In this document: positions 9,231 through 17,978 of the stretch, in pieces
How positions within the stretch are numbered: position 1 is the first letter of the stretch
How the letters are laid out: every line of letters begins with the position of its first letter
NCBI GenBank assembly: GCA_034005145.1
Contig: JAVEVH010000003.1
Span: forward strand, 1-53,656
Source: Candidatus Dojkabacteria bacterium
Lineage (GTDB): Bacteria; Patescibacteriota; Dojkabacteria; SC72
Length of the DNA: 53,656 nucleotides
Direction: 5' to 3'
The notes under the pieces: model-generated
What the model saw: only the letters and a program-made list of their open reading frames with translations
Told to the model about the DNA's origin: nothing
The model's database searches: none
Translations under genes and position numbers: made by a program

Positions 9231-10574
9231 ATGGAGACACTGCCTGTATTAAAGAAAAATGCATATCTTACTGTATTAATAAAAGATAACTATATATACG
9301 CTAATTTAGCATATACAGATCTCTCTGCACAAAAAACATATATGCTTTCTGATAAAACGGATCTTTCACCTTTGAGATTTAGGTTAGATGATATGGTGTT
9401 TACTAAGAATTTCTGGTTTGAATATTTTGATTCTTTAGAAAAAGTTTTTGATTGGGATATTGTAGATAGGAAGTGGGGTGAAGATTTTAGAATAAAGGAG
9501 TTTGAAAGAGAAGAGGTAGGTGTATCTGGTATTAAGGTTGTTGTAGATGATAACCAGGCTTTCTTTAAGAATATATATATTTCCTTAAAAGAATTCTCTA
9601 AGGATATTGTACTTAGGATATTGGATGATAGGTATATGGAGGTATTAACAAAGGGATTGGTAGATAGGTTAGAGTATGATGATATAGTATGGTTAGATTT
9701 AGATTTTCCTCATTTCTCAATATATAGGGGTAGGAGTAATAAAGAGGGGGAGGTAATATTTTCTTCTTCTAAAATAGATTGGAGTAATGAGATAGGGCTA
9801 ATAGATTTTGTTAAGAGTTCTAAATTGAATGCCTTTCTTTCTGTAGATTCATCCTCTGAGGAGATTTCAAATAGATGGGCTAACTGTATAGCACATGGGT
9901 ATGAGTATATTACGGACTATGTATTAAATGATGTAATTAGGGCATTCACAACCTTACAGATACTCTCTGTTAAACAGAGTAATAGGAAGAAATACGAAGG
10001 TATTGGTAAGGGTAATACCTCCATTATTCTTACTGGTAAGATTCCTAATCTTTTGCAACTTAGAGAACTTCTCTTATGCTTAATAGATGGTTTAGAGTTA
10101 GATGGAATATTTGATATCTTCATAGATAGGGATAGTAAACTGTATACCTTTGGAAAGAGTATGATTGAGAAAGAAGAGTCTCAAAATATCGTAGTACTTA
10201 AGGGTGATATATTGCCTAAAGCTATTAAACTCCTAATACCAGAGGTACCTTCTAAAGCTAAGAGTAAGATAATATTTTCTGCAAAGATATATTCTCAATT
10301 GTTAGAACCACAAGAGATTTACTCCTTAGGTTCCTCTTTGGAAATATTGAAACTTCCTCAAAGAGATGAGAAATTACTAATAGAGGGAGAGCTTAAAAAT
10401 GGTACTGTTTTTTCTCATTTACCATTTAAACAGGTACAGTACATATCTTCTAAAAAAATATTAGAGTATGAATATATTGTTGTTGATGGAAGGAGTAGAC
10501 CAATAGTATATGGACCATCTGCACATGAGAATAGGGTTAAATTAAGAATATGGGGTAATGGAGATAAGGAGTAG
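9231..10574 (+). CDS. hypothetical protein (447 aa), first gene of an orphan two-gene module
   Basis: Long ORF with only a short antisense competitor. Its end overlaps the next ORF by 17 nt. I recognise no family. Confidence 0.6.
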   Translation: METLPVLKKNAYLTVLIKDNYIYANLAYTDLSAQKTYMLSDKTDLSPLRFRLDDMVFTKNFWFEYFDSLEKVFDWDIVDRKWGEDFRIKEFEREEVGVSGIKVVVDDNQAFFKNIYISLKEFSKDIVLRILDDRYMEVLTKGLVDRLEYDDIVWLDLDFPHFSIYRGRSNKEGEVIFSSSKIDWSNEIGLIDFVKSSKLNAFLSVDSSSEEISNRWANCIAHGYEYITDYVLNDVIRAFTTLQILSVKQSNRKKYEGIGKGNTSIILTGKIPNLLQLRELLLCLIDGLELDGIFDIFIDRDSKLYTFGKSMIEKEESQNIVVLKGDILPKAIKLLIPEVPSKAKSKIIFSAKIYSQLLEPQEIYSLGSSLEILKLPQRDEKLLIEGELKNGTVFSHLPFKQVQYISSKKILEYEYIVVDGRSRPIVYGPSAHENRVKLRIWGNGDKE

Positions 10575-11565
10575 GATATTTGAAAAATATAAAGATTGGG
10601 AATTTAGTATTCCTCTGAAGCAGGGAGATAGGGTTATGTTTAAGGGTAAGAAGATTAAGGTAGGAGATATCCTTTTGGAGAAATCGGAAAGTACTCTTAA
10701 AAAATCTCTTAGTGTTCCTAAGGTCTTAAATTGTAAGAATGAAGATTGTGAGAAGTATGTACTAAGAATGGATGGAGAGTATATTGAAGAGGGTGAGTTA
10801 CTTGCTCAAAGAGTTTCTTCTGGAGGTCTTAATATGTTTGAACTGTTTTCTCCTGTTAGCGGAGTAGTAGATTTATCTAGGATAAAGCAGGGGTATATAG
10901 ATATATTAGGAGAGGAGAGGAAGTCTACTATAATGAGTGATTTTACTGGAACTGTTAAAGGTATAGATCCAATAGAGGGGTTACTAATTAACACGGATGT
11001 AATATGTGTAGATGGAGTAGTAAGTAGTAAAACCCAAGAGAGACTTTTTGGTAATTTAGAGATACTTGGGGATGGTAATACCATATTAACTGAGAAAAGT
11101 TTAGATGATGATTATAGAGGAAAGATTGTATGGGTAGGCCCATATCTATACAACAGAGTAGCCATAGAGCTGTTTGAGAGGGGTGCTATCGCAGTATTAA
11201 CATACGCTATGTCATACACAGAGTTTAGGGAGATAGGGTTACCTATTATGATTTTAGGAGGGTTTGGGTCTGTACATTGTGATAGTGCATTTCTAAAAAA
11301 GTTTATATCCTTGCGAAACAAATTCGTTATATTAGATGGTAAGCAGAATCAACTATATATTCTTTCAAATTCGGATATTAATCATAAGGGGTGGTTTGTT
11401 AAACAGTATACAAATCAGAGTGTGATATCTCGTTCATCTTCAACATATGGATATATTGGAAAAGTATTAGAGTTTGATGAGGATAGTAATTTTGCTCTAG
11501 TAGATTTTGGTAAAAGGGGTACTTCACTAATACATATTGGTCTATTAGAATTTATAGATTTGTAA
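10558..11565 (+). CDS. hypothetical protein (335 aa) with a lipoyl/barrel-sandwich-hybrid-like hairpin motif
   Basis: IEEGELLAQ ... SPVSGVVDL resembles the hairpin of biotinyl/lipoyl-like hybrid domains. The rest is unrecognised. Confidence 0.55.
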   Translation: MEIRSRIFEKYKDWEFSIPLKQGDRVMFKGKKIKVGDILLEKSESTLKKSLSVPKVLNCKNEDCEKYVLRMDGEYIEEGELLAQRVSSGGLNMFELFSPVSGVVDLSRIKQGYIDILGEERKSTIMSDFTGTVKGIDPIEGLLINTDVICVDGVVSSKTQERLFGNLEILGDGNTILTEKSLDDDYRGKIVWVGPYLYNRVAIELFERGAIAVLTYAMSYTEFREIGLPIMILGGFGSVHCDSAFLKKFISLRNKFVILDGKQNQLYILSNSDINHKGWFVKQYTNQSVISRSSSTYGYIGKVLEFDEDSNFALVDFGKRGTSLIHIGLLEFIDL

Positions 11566-11621
11566 TTATATCCTTAAGGGGAATATAATAGATTTCGGAT
11601 CTTATTTTTAAAAATTTTGAC

Positions 11622-12839
11622 ATGCAAGAAAACAGTAATAGTATTAGGATATTTGGTATATTAATGCTTACAGTAGTAGCATTTTGTATAGGTGTAATAT
11701 TTGGTAGATTTGTTGCACCTTCTGGTGTTAATTTACTAACATTTAATCCTTCTAAGAGTGTAAACTTTGATCTGTTCTGGGAGGTATGGAATATCCTTGA
11801 GAGTAAGTATGTAGAGAAGGATGTAGCGACTGAAGATGAGAAAGTATATGGAGCTATCAAAGGCTTGGTAAGCTCATATGATGATCCTGCTACTGTATTT
11901 CTTACACCAGAGGAAACAGAAAGCTTTAATGATTCTAATGAGGGTAAATTATTCCAGGGTATTGGAGCAGAGTTAGGATATTTAGATGGCGCTATAATCA
12001 TTGTAACACCTCTAGAGGGATCTCCTGCTAAAGCTGCAGGTATTAGAGCAGGTGACTATATCCTTAAGGTAGATGACTATGAAGTTAAGAGTGGAGATAA
12101 TGTGTATGAGATTGTACAAAAGATTAGGGGAGATGCAGGTACAGTAGTTACATTAGAGGTATTACATAAGGGGGAGTTTGAGCCTGTTACCATAGAAATA
12201 ACAAGGGGTGAGATTACTGTTCCAAGTATGGAGCTTTCATATGTAGGTGAGAAAAAAGATATAGCGTTGATTGATGTAACTAGATTTACTGAAGCATCTC
12301 TTTCAGATTGGAACGGAGCATGGGACAGTGTAGTAGAAGATATACAAAAGAGTAAGGTAGAGAAGATATTGATAGATTTAAGAGGTAATCCTGGAGGATA
12401 CTTTAATGCCGCAGTATATGCTGCAGATGATTTCTTGGATATTGGAAAAGTAATATCTAAACAGGAAGATGGTAAGGGTAATGTACAATCATTTGATGCA
12501 GAGAGTGGGGGGAGATTGATTGGTAAGAAAGTAGTTATACTTGTAGATGAGGGTAGTGCATCTGCTTCTGAAATTTTCGCAGGAGCCCTACAACAGAATG
12601 GTGTAGCAACTGTGGTTGGTGCAGAAACATATGGTAAGGGTACTGCTCAAACAGTATTAGATCTTAGAGGAGGTGCTAGTATTCATGTTACTGTTCTTAA
12701 ATGGTTACTTCCTGATGGTAGTTGGTTGAATAGGGAGAATCCAATAACTCCAGATGTAATAGTTGAGAATAGTACGGAGGACTTTGTAAAAGGAGTAGAT
12801 AAGCAATATAATGAGGCAATAAAAGAAATTAACAAATAA
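11622..12839 (+). CDS. ctpA: S41 family carboxyl-terminal processing protease with PDZ domain
   Basis: N-terminal TM helix. PDZ region GIGAELG ... GSPAKAAGIRAGDYILKVDD. S41 blocks IDLRGNPGG and ILVDEGSASASEIFAGALQ. Confidence 0.85.
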   Translation: MQENSNSIRIFGILMLTVVAFCIGVIFGRFVAPSGVNLLTFNPSKSVNFDLFWEVWNILESKYVEKDVATEDEKVYGAIKGLVSSYDDPATVFLTPEETESFNDSNEGKLFQGIGAELGYLDGAIIIVTPLEGSPAKAAGIRAGDYILKVDDYEVKSGDNVYEIVQKIRGDAGTVVTLEVLHKGEFEPVTIEITRGEITVPSMELSYVGEKKDIALIDVTRFTEASLSDWNGAWDSVVEDIQKSKVEKILIDLRGNPGGYFNAAVYAADDFLDIGKVISKQEDGKGNVQSFDAESGGRLIGKKVVILVDEGSASASEIFAGALQQNGVATVVGAETYGKGTAQTVLDLRGGASIHVTVLKWLLPDGSWLNRENPITPDVIVENSTEDFVKGVDKQYNEAIKEINK

Positions 12840-12861
12840 ATAAATTGTTAAAAATATTGCA

Positions 12862-14019
12862 ATGGAAGAAAATAAAAAAGAAAAAAAAGGTATAAACTTT
12901 TGTTTAGCTAACTACAAGCATTTAAAAGTATTTGGTATATCTTTCCTATTTATAGTTGTGATGTTAGTAATACTAGTCTCTTTTATACTTTTAATAAGGT
13001 ATTCCGAAAATATTCAAAACTTAGTACTGAATAAGGATACTCAAGAGAGTGAAGAAAATATAAATCTTACTGTTACCCAAGAAGAGAATGTAATTATTAA
13101 TGTTGTACAAGAAGCTTCCCCCTCTGTTGTTAGTATTGCTGTATCTCAGCTTACCTTGAAGAGTGGAGAGGGACTAGTAGATGAAGTAAGTAATATTGGT
13201 ACAGGTTTTATAGTAGATCCTAACGGTATTATCATTACTAATCAACATGTTGTTTCAGATACATCCTCTACATACAAGGTTATTACAAATGATGGTAAAG
13301 AGTATGAGGTTATTGAAATCTTAAGAGATGATAGTAATGATATTGCTGTTTTAAAGATAGATGCTACATCTCTAGATTCTCTAGAATTAGGTAACTCAGA
13401 TACATTACTTGTTGGTCAAACAGTAATAGCTATTGGTAATCCACTTGGTGAGTATGCAGGTAGTGTAACTACTGGAGTAATAAGTGGTGTAAATAGGTCT
13501 GTTACAACCTCTTCTGGATGGTTTGGTTCAACAACTAAGGTATATGAAGATGTTATACAAACAGATGCTGCTGTAAATCCTGGTAATTCAGGTGGTCCAC
13601 TTATCAGTTCTGAAGGTAAAGTAATAGGGGTTAACTTCGCTACTACTTCTAATGCAGATAATATATCTTTTGCATTACCTATTAACAGAGTAAAACAGAG
13701 ATTAGAAGAGTATCGAACATATGGTAAATTTATTAAACCTTATGTAGGAATCTCATATAGGATGATTTCAGAGTATGAAGCTATGTATTACAAGGATGTA
13801 GTAGCTGGAGCTTTGGTAGTAGCTATAGATCCTACCAGTCCTGCCGCTAATACAGATATAACTAGAGGAGACATTATTACAAAAGTAGAAGACAGGGAAG
13901 TTACTCAATCATTTGCATATATAATACAATCGTACAAAGTAGGGGATGAGATCTCCTTAGAGGTATGGAATGGTGGTAAAACTAGAACTGTAAAGGTAAC
14001 TTTAGAGGAAGCAGATTAA
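12862..14019 (+). CDS. htrA: HtrA/DegP-like trypsin-fold serine protease with PDZ domain
   Basis: TM anchor. Catalytic blocks TNQHVV, NDIAVLKI and GNSGGPL. C-terminal PDZ-like region. Confidence 0.85.
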   Translation: MEENKKEKKGINFCLANYKHLKVFGISFLFIVVMLVILVSFILLIRYSENIQNLVLNKDTQESEENINLTVTQEENVIINVVQEASPSVVSIAVSQLTLKSGEGLVDEVSNIGTGFIVDPNGIIITNQHVVSDTSSTYKVITNDGKEYEVIEILRDDSNDIAVLKIDATSLDSLELGNSDTLLVGQTVIAIGNPLGEYAGSVTTGVISGVNRSVTTSSGWFGSTTKVYEDVIQTDAAVNPGNSGGPLISSEGKVIGVNFATTSNADNISFALPINRVKQRLEEYRTYGKFIKPYVGISYRMISEYEAMYYKDVVAGALVVAIDPTSPAANTDITRGDIITKVEDREVTQSFAYIIQSYKVGDEISLEVWNGGKTRTVKVTLEEAD

Positions 14020-14825
14020 AGAGTAATCTTTAAAAACCTCTTTTTTTCAAATACATCTTTAATTTCTAAGATATTAGATTTTGGGTAATACCTTTTTACT
14101 AACTTCTTAGTTTTTAGAAATATAGATTCCTCTGTTTCAAGATATATTACCTTGAGATTAATCTTTTTACTTTTTAACTGTTCTAAGAGTTCTTCATAGT
14201 ATTTTAATCCATCTTTACCTCCATCTAGTGCAGCTCTTGGTTCATATCTTTTTACGCTTGTATCAAGCTCCTCATACTGCTTAGTGGGTATATATGGGAG
14301 ATTAGCTACTAAGAGTGTACTTCCTTTTAATTCAGGTATTCTACTAACTAGATCACTCTTCATCCATTTTATTCTTTTCTTTTTTAATATCTCTAACTCA
14401 TTCTTTTTGGCTACATTTAAAGCATTGGTAGAAATATCTGTAGCAAAGAAAGAGTAGGTAGGTTTCTTAAGAAGATATGCAAGTGAGATAATAATACAAC
14501 CTGAGCCTGTTCCTACATCTATTACATTCTTAATTTTCTCTTTCTCTAATATCTCCTTACATTCATATACTAGCTGTTCTGTCTCTATTCTTGGTATCAG
14601 GGTATCCTTAGTTACTTTAAAGGTATTCTCACAAAATTCACTATCTCCTCTGATATATTCCCATGGTTCACTGTCATGTAATCTTCTAAGTATTTTTTCC
14701 TCATTAGCTCTTTTATTCTTTGTTAGATACTTAGTAATCTCTCTACCTATACGGTAGCTATCAGGATATTTAATACCATCTAGGAATTTCTGTATACGAA
14801 ATATTTTTGCAAGATTACTTTTCAT
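14016..14825 (-). CDS. prmC: release-factor glutamine N5-methyltransferase (HemK/PrmC)
   Basis: SAM-binding DVGTGSGCI and an N(L)PY variant in VANLPYIP. It lies downstream of prfA and overlaps it by 11 nt. Confidence 0.8.
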   Translation of the reverse strand: MKSNLAKIFRIQKFLDGIKYPDSYRIGREITKYLTKNKRANEEKILRRLHDSEPWEYIRGDSEFCENTFKVTKDTLIPRIETEQLVYECKEILEKEKIKNVIDVGTGSGCIIISLAYLLKKPTYSFFATDISTNALNVAKKNELEILKKKRIKWMKSDLVSRIPELKGSTLLVANLPYIPTKQYEELDTSVKRYEPRAALDGGKDGLKYYEELLEQLKSKKINLKVIYLETEESIFLKTKKLVKRYYPKSNILEIKDVFEKKRFLKITL

Positions 14826-15921
14826 CTTCTAATGCCATAAGTTGAATACCATCTTTAATATCTGTTATTAACTGATCTAATTCACCATACATAATGGATT
14901 CAATATTATGCCAAGACTTCTTAACCCTATGATCTGTTACTCTGTTTTGTGGGAAATTGTATGTCCTAATCTTTTCTGCTCTCATTGCACTTCCGATTTG
15001 AGAAGACCTCATACTAGATCTTTTAGCATCCTCTTCCATCTTTCTTCTGTCATAGAGTCTAGATCTTAGATTGGCCATAGCTTTCTCTTTGTTTTGTGCT
15101 TGATGTTTTGTTTCTTGGCAACTTACAACTATACCAGTAGGTAAGTGAGTTATTCTTACTGCTGAGTCAGTTCTGTTTACACACTGTCCACCTGCACCTG
15201 AAGCTCTCATTACATCAATTCTTAGGTCTTCTGATTTAATTTCAATATCAATATCTCTAGCTTCGGGCATAATAGCGACTGATGCAGTAGAGGTGTGTAT
15301 TCTTCCAGAGGATTCTGTACTTGGTACTCTTTGTACTCTGTGTACACCACTTTCATACTTAAGTTTTTTATAAACATTTTTACCTTCAATATGAGCAATT
15401 ACCTCTTTATATCCACCTGTCTCAGATACATTACTATCGATTATCTGTACTTCCCAACCGTTTTTAATGGCATAGCTCTTGTACATATCAAAAAGATTAC
15501 CAGCAAAAAGAGATGCTTCCTCTCCTCCTGCTCCTGCTCTAATTTCTAGTATTACATTTCTACTATCATCTTCATCAGAAAATTCCCTATCTATCTGAAT
15601 CTTTTTTATCTCAAGATCTAATTCCTTTATCTTCTCTTCTAACTCTTCTACCTCTATCTCTGCTAATTCTTTTAAATCGTTTCCTTCTTCTTTTAAAATT
15701 TCTTGTGCTTGGTCATATCTCTCAATATTTTTTTGAATATCATTTACATAGGTATCTAATTGAGAGTAGTAGTTTAAATCTATACTAAGTTGGGACATAT
15801 TCTCACCAGTATTATGAGCATTTTGCATCTTTTGCTCTAATTCCTCTTTCTTCGCTTTGAAGTGATTTTCTGAATATTTTTTTCTTATATCATTAATGTC
15901 CATATATATGGATAATATCAT
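14815..15921 (-). CDS. prfA: peptide chain release factor 1
   Basis: GGQ motif in SGAGGQCVNRTDSAVR and the RF1-type PST tripeptide in RVPSTESSGRIHTS. An alternative start exists at 15903 (MDINDIRKK). Confidence 0.9.
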   Translation of the reverse strand: MILSIYMDINDIRKKYSENHFKAKKEELEQKMQNAHNTGENMSQLSIDLNYYSQLDTYVNDIQKNIERYDQAQEILKEEGNDLKELAEIEVEELEEKIKELDLEIKKIQIDREFSDEDDSRNVILEIRAGAGGEEASLFAGNLFDMYKSYAIKNGWEVQIIDSNVSETGGYKEVIAHIEGKNVYKKLKYESGVHRVQRVPSTESSGRIHTSTASVAIMPEARDIDIEIKSEDLRIDVMRASGAGGQCVNRTDSAVRITHLPTGIVVSCQETKHQAQNKEKAMANLRSRLYDRRKMEEDAKRSSMRSSQIGSAMRAEKIRTYNFPQNRVTDHRVKKSWHNIESIMYGELDQLITDIKDGIQLMALEDEK

Positions 15922-15943
15922 TTAAATATATATTGGGGTACTG

Positions 15944-16279
15944 TTACTTAGATATATTTGCGTTTGCAAGCATATCTTTAAGTGTGAGAGTAGAGGATGA
16001 AGCTTTTGGACCTGTTTTCTTAGCTTTTCTCTCTGCCATTTTCTCTCTTTTACTTCTAAAGGACATCTTTGCTGTTTTCTGAGCTCTTTCCTCAAATTTC
16101 TTAACAACATTGTCGGTATCTACAATCTTTTGTTCACCAGTATAGAATGGGTGACATTTAGAACAAAGCTCAACATTGAGGATTTCGTCTTGTAGTGTAG
16201 AACCTGTTACAAATGTATTACCACAGGAACAAACTACCTTTAATTCACCGTTGTATTTTGGATGTAAATCTTTTTTCAT
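15944..16279 (-). CDS. rpmE: 50S ribosomal protein L31 (4-Cys type) with basic C-terminal extension
   Basis: MKKDLHPKY ... CSCG ... [10 protein letters not shown] core, followed by ~40 extra lysine-rich residues. Confidence 0.85.
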   Translation of the reverse strand: MKKDLHPKYNGELKVVCSCGNTFVTGSTLQDEILNVELCSKCHPFYTGEQKIVDTDNVVKKFEERAQKTAKMSFRSKREKMAERKAKKTGPKASSSTLTLKDMLANANISK

Positions 16280-16324
16280 AACAAGGAGGATTATAGCAGA
16301 ACAAAGGGGGGGTGTCTAGCTAGA

Positions 16325-16485
16325 AGGTCTGTCCTAGGTCTGTCCCCGTAATCTCTTGTTACAATCTCTTTACTGTTTGATTTTGGCTGCTTTTTCGTCT
16401 AGAAAAAGAAAGAAAAAGTCTGTACAAAATATATAAAAAGGAAGACCCCAAGCATTGAACTTGGGGTCGTACCTAGGGCAGACCT
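16325..16485. repeat. 14-nt inverted repeat pair bounding a 161-bp GC-richer noncoding element
   Basis: AGGTCTGTCCTAGG (16325..16338) against CCTAGGGCAGACCT (16472..16485), with one mismatch that is a G-U wobble in + strand RNA. The left arm is part of a tandem GGTCTGTCC(TA) duplication (16326..16345). Confidence 0.6.
16444..16468 (-). terminator. rho-independent terminator of hsp20
   Basis: GACCCCAAG-7 nt loop-CTTGGGGTC perfect 9-bp stem, 19 nt after the hsp20 stop. It is followed on the - strand by TTCCTTTTT. Confidence 0.75.
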
Positions 16486-16486
16486 C

Positions 16487-16930
16487 TTACTTAATTTCGA
16501 TGGTTTTTGTCTCTGATTCCTTGGCTTTTGGAAGCTTAATGGTGAGTACACCATCCTCAAAAGAAGCTTCTACTTTCTCCGAATCAACTATTGTTGGTAG
16601 ATTAAAGCTTTGGGAGTATGAGGATGATTGAAGAGTTCTTAGGAAGTATTTCTTTTCCTTCTCCTCTTTCTCTCCTTTGCTTTGTCCTTCTATACTTAAA
16701 CTATCACCTGATACAGATATTTTAATATCTTCTTTCTTTATACCTGGCATAGCCATTTTAACGAAGATATTGTTGCCTTCCTCCCATACATTTGCAGAGA
16801 GATTCTCAAAATCTCTATAGAAGAAATCATCCCATCTTGAAAGAGGGGAAGTAAAGAAATCCTCCATGAGAGATCTCACTGGTGTGTATAGGGTGTCTTG
16901 AGGTTTTTGATTAACTCTTACAATTTTCAT
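16487..16930 (-). CDS. Hsp20/alpha-crystallin family small heat-shock protein
   Basis: Alpha-crystallin domain VWEEGNNIFVKMAMPGIKKEDIKISV ... ASFEDGVLTIKLPK. Confidence 0.9.
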   Translation of the reverse strand: MKIVRVNQKPQDTLYTPVRSLMEDFFTSPLSRWDDFFYRDFENLSANVWEEGNNIFVKMAMPGIKKEDIKISVSGDSLSIEGQSKGEKEEKEKKYFLRTLQSSSYSQSFNLPTIVDSEKVEASFEDGVLTIKLPKAKESETKTIEIK

Positions 16931-16965
16931 AGTATTTTTAAATATTAAAATTTAAATATATATGA

Positions 16966-16992
16966 TTAGCAAATAGTACCACCGAGTGCTAA
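16966..16992. promoter_or_regulatory. CIRCE-like HrcA operator (one perfect arm, one degenerate arm)
   Basis: TTAGCAAAT-N9-GAGTGCTAA against the consensus TTAGCACTC-N9-GAGTGCTAA. The spacing is exact. The element lies inside the hsp20 promoter. Confidence 0.6.
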
Positions 16993-17002
16993 TTCCTGTC
17001 AA
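16973..17002 (-). promoter_or_regulatory. sigma-70-type promoter of hsp20
   Basis: On the - strand: TTGACA (16997..17002), an 18-nt spacer, then TACTAT (16973..16978). The CIRCE element occupies the spacer and the -10. Confidence 0.6.
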
Positions 17003-17049
17003 GATATTTTTAGTTGATTTTTGTTAATTAAAAAAATATACTAATTAGT

Positions 17050-17271
17050 ATGAAATATTCCAAAAGAATTCAAAACAGAGTGAGTAGAATAGAGGGGCAG
17101 GTTGGAGGAGTAAAAAGAATGATACTTAGTGATACAGAGGAGGAAAAGGTAATGACACAGTTACAAGCAGTAATATCATCTTTAGAAAGTTTGAAGTTGG
17201 AATTAATGAAAAAAGAGATGAAAGAATCTCTAGTAGAGGATATTAAGAAGTCTTTAGGTATATCAGAGTAG
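17050..17271 (+). CDS. CsoR/RcnR/FrmR (DUF156) family transcriptional repressor-like protein
   Basis: RVSRIEGQVGGVKRMI ... QLQAVISSLESL helix pattern of the family. The protein contains no Cys or His. Confidence 0.65.
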   Translation: MKYSKRIQNRVSRIEGQVGGVKRMILSDTEEEKVMTQLQAVISSLESLKLELMKKEMKESLVEDIKKSLGISE

Positions 17272-17324
17272 AAATCTGATATACTCATGTAGTGTACTGC
17301 CCAATAATATTAGATTAAGTAAAT

Positions 17325-17972
17325 ATGAAGATTAAAAATCTCGGATGGTCTTCCTTTCAGTTAAGCACAGGAGATATTACTGTATTAACAGATCCTCTTT
17401 CATTAAAAGAGAGTGGTTTAAGTCTTACAAAAAGTAAGGCAGATGTTGTACTTTTTTCAGAAAAAGAGCTTAGAGGAAAAGAGGGTATTTTAGAGAAGGG
17501 TGACCTCTTAAAAAAAGTAGAACCTGATCACAGGGAATCGATAATTGAGATATCTTCACCTGGAGAGTATGAAATTGGTGGTGTAATGATTAGAAGGGGA
17601 GTAGATTCTCCTTTCTACACTATTGATGAAGCCGTACTTAGAGTTGTATATATGGGGTTGATAGATAATTCGTTAGATGTTTCTATGACTAAAGATTTGG
17701 GAGATGTAGATGTATTAATTCTCCCCATAGGTAATGGTGATATGTTTATAGATTACGACAAGATTGAAAAGATTCTAAACTATATTGATCCTACAATACT
17801 TTTACCATGTGCATACAAAAAAGAGGGAGTAAAAGTTGGTAAAGATTTAAAGAGTAGGGAAGACTTTATCAAATTCTTTGGTTTTACAAATGTAAAAGAT
17901 GAATCATATATTAATGTAAGTCCTACACCAGAGCAAGAGAACAAAAATATAGAGGTAATATTTCTTAATTAA
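17325..17972 (+). CDS. MBL-fold (Lactamase_B_3/UPF0173-like) protein with a degenerate metal-binding motif
   Basis: N-terminus MKIKNLGWSSFQLSTGDITVLTDP and overall length resemble UPF0173 hydrolases. I do not see the HxHxDH motif. Confidence 0.5.
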   Translation: MKIKNLGWSSFQLSTGDITVLTDPLSLKESGLSLTKSKADVVLFSEKELRGKEGILEKGDLLKKVEPDHRESIIEISSPGEYEIGGVMIRRGVDSPFYTIDEAVLRVVYMGLIDNSLDVSMTKDLGDVDVLILPIGNGDMFIDYDKIEKILNYIDPTILLPCAYKKEGVKVGKDLKSREDFIKFFGFTNVKDESYINVSPTPEQENKNIEVIFLN

Positions 17973-17978
17973 TAAAAT

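Noticed and set aside
15922-16110. The 62-aa - strand ORF overlapping the rpmE 3' half in another frame.
   Set aside because: rpmE's own frame carries the L31 motifs and continues through this region. The alternative frame is an artefact of the lysine-rich sequence.
16334-16342. Apparent enrichment of (C)TAGGTCTG near hairpins (16334 and 46254).
   Set aside because: The same octamer occurs inside ordinary CDSs (for example near 13494, 21026 and 26080) as AGG-TCT-G codons. It therefore reflects codon usage, not a mobile or regulatory motif.
16385-16392. An SRP RNA candidate, because the - strand reads GAAAAAGCAGCC, resembling the GGAAGCAGCC of SRP helix 8.
   Set aside because: The 5' side (AGGUCAGG-type symmetric loop) and a closing GNRA stem cannot be formed.
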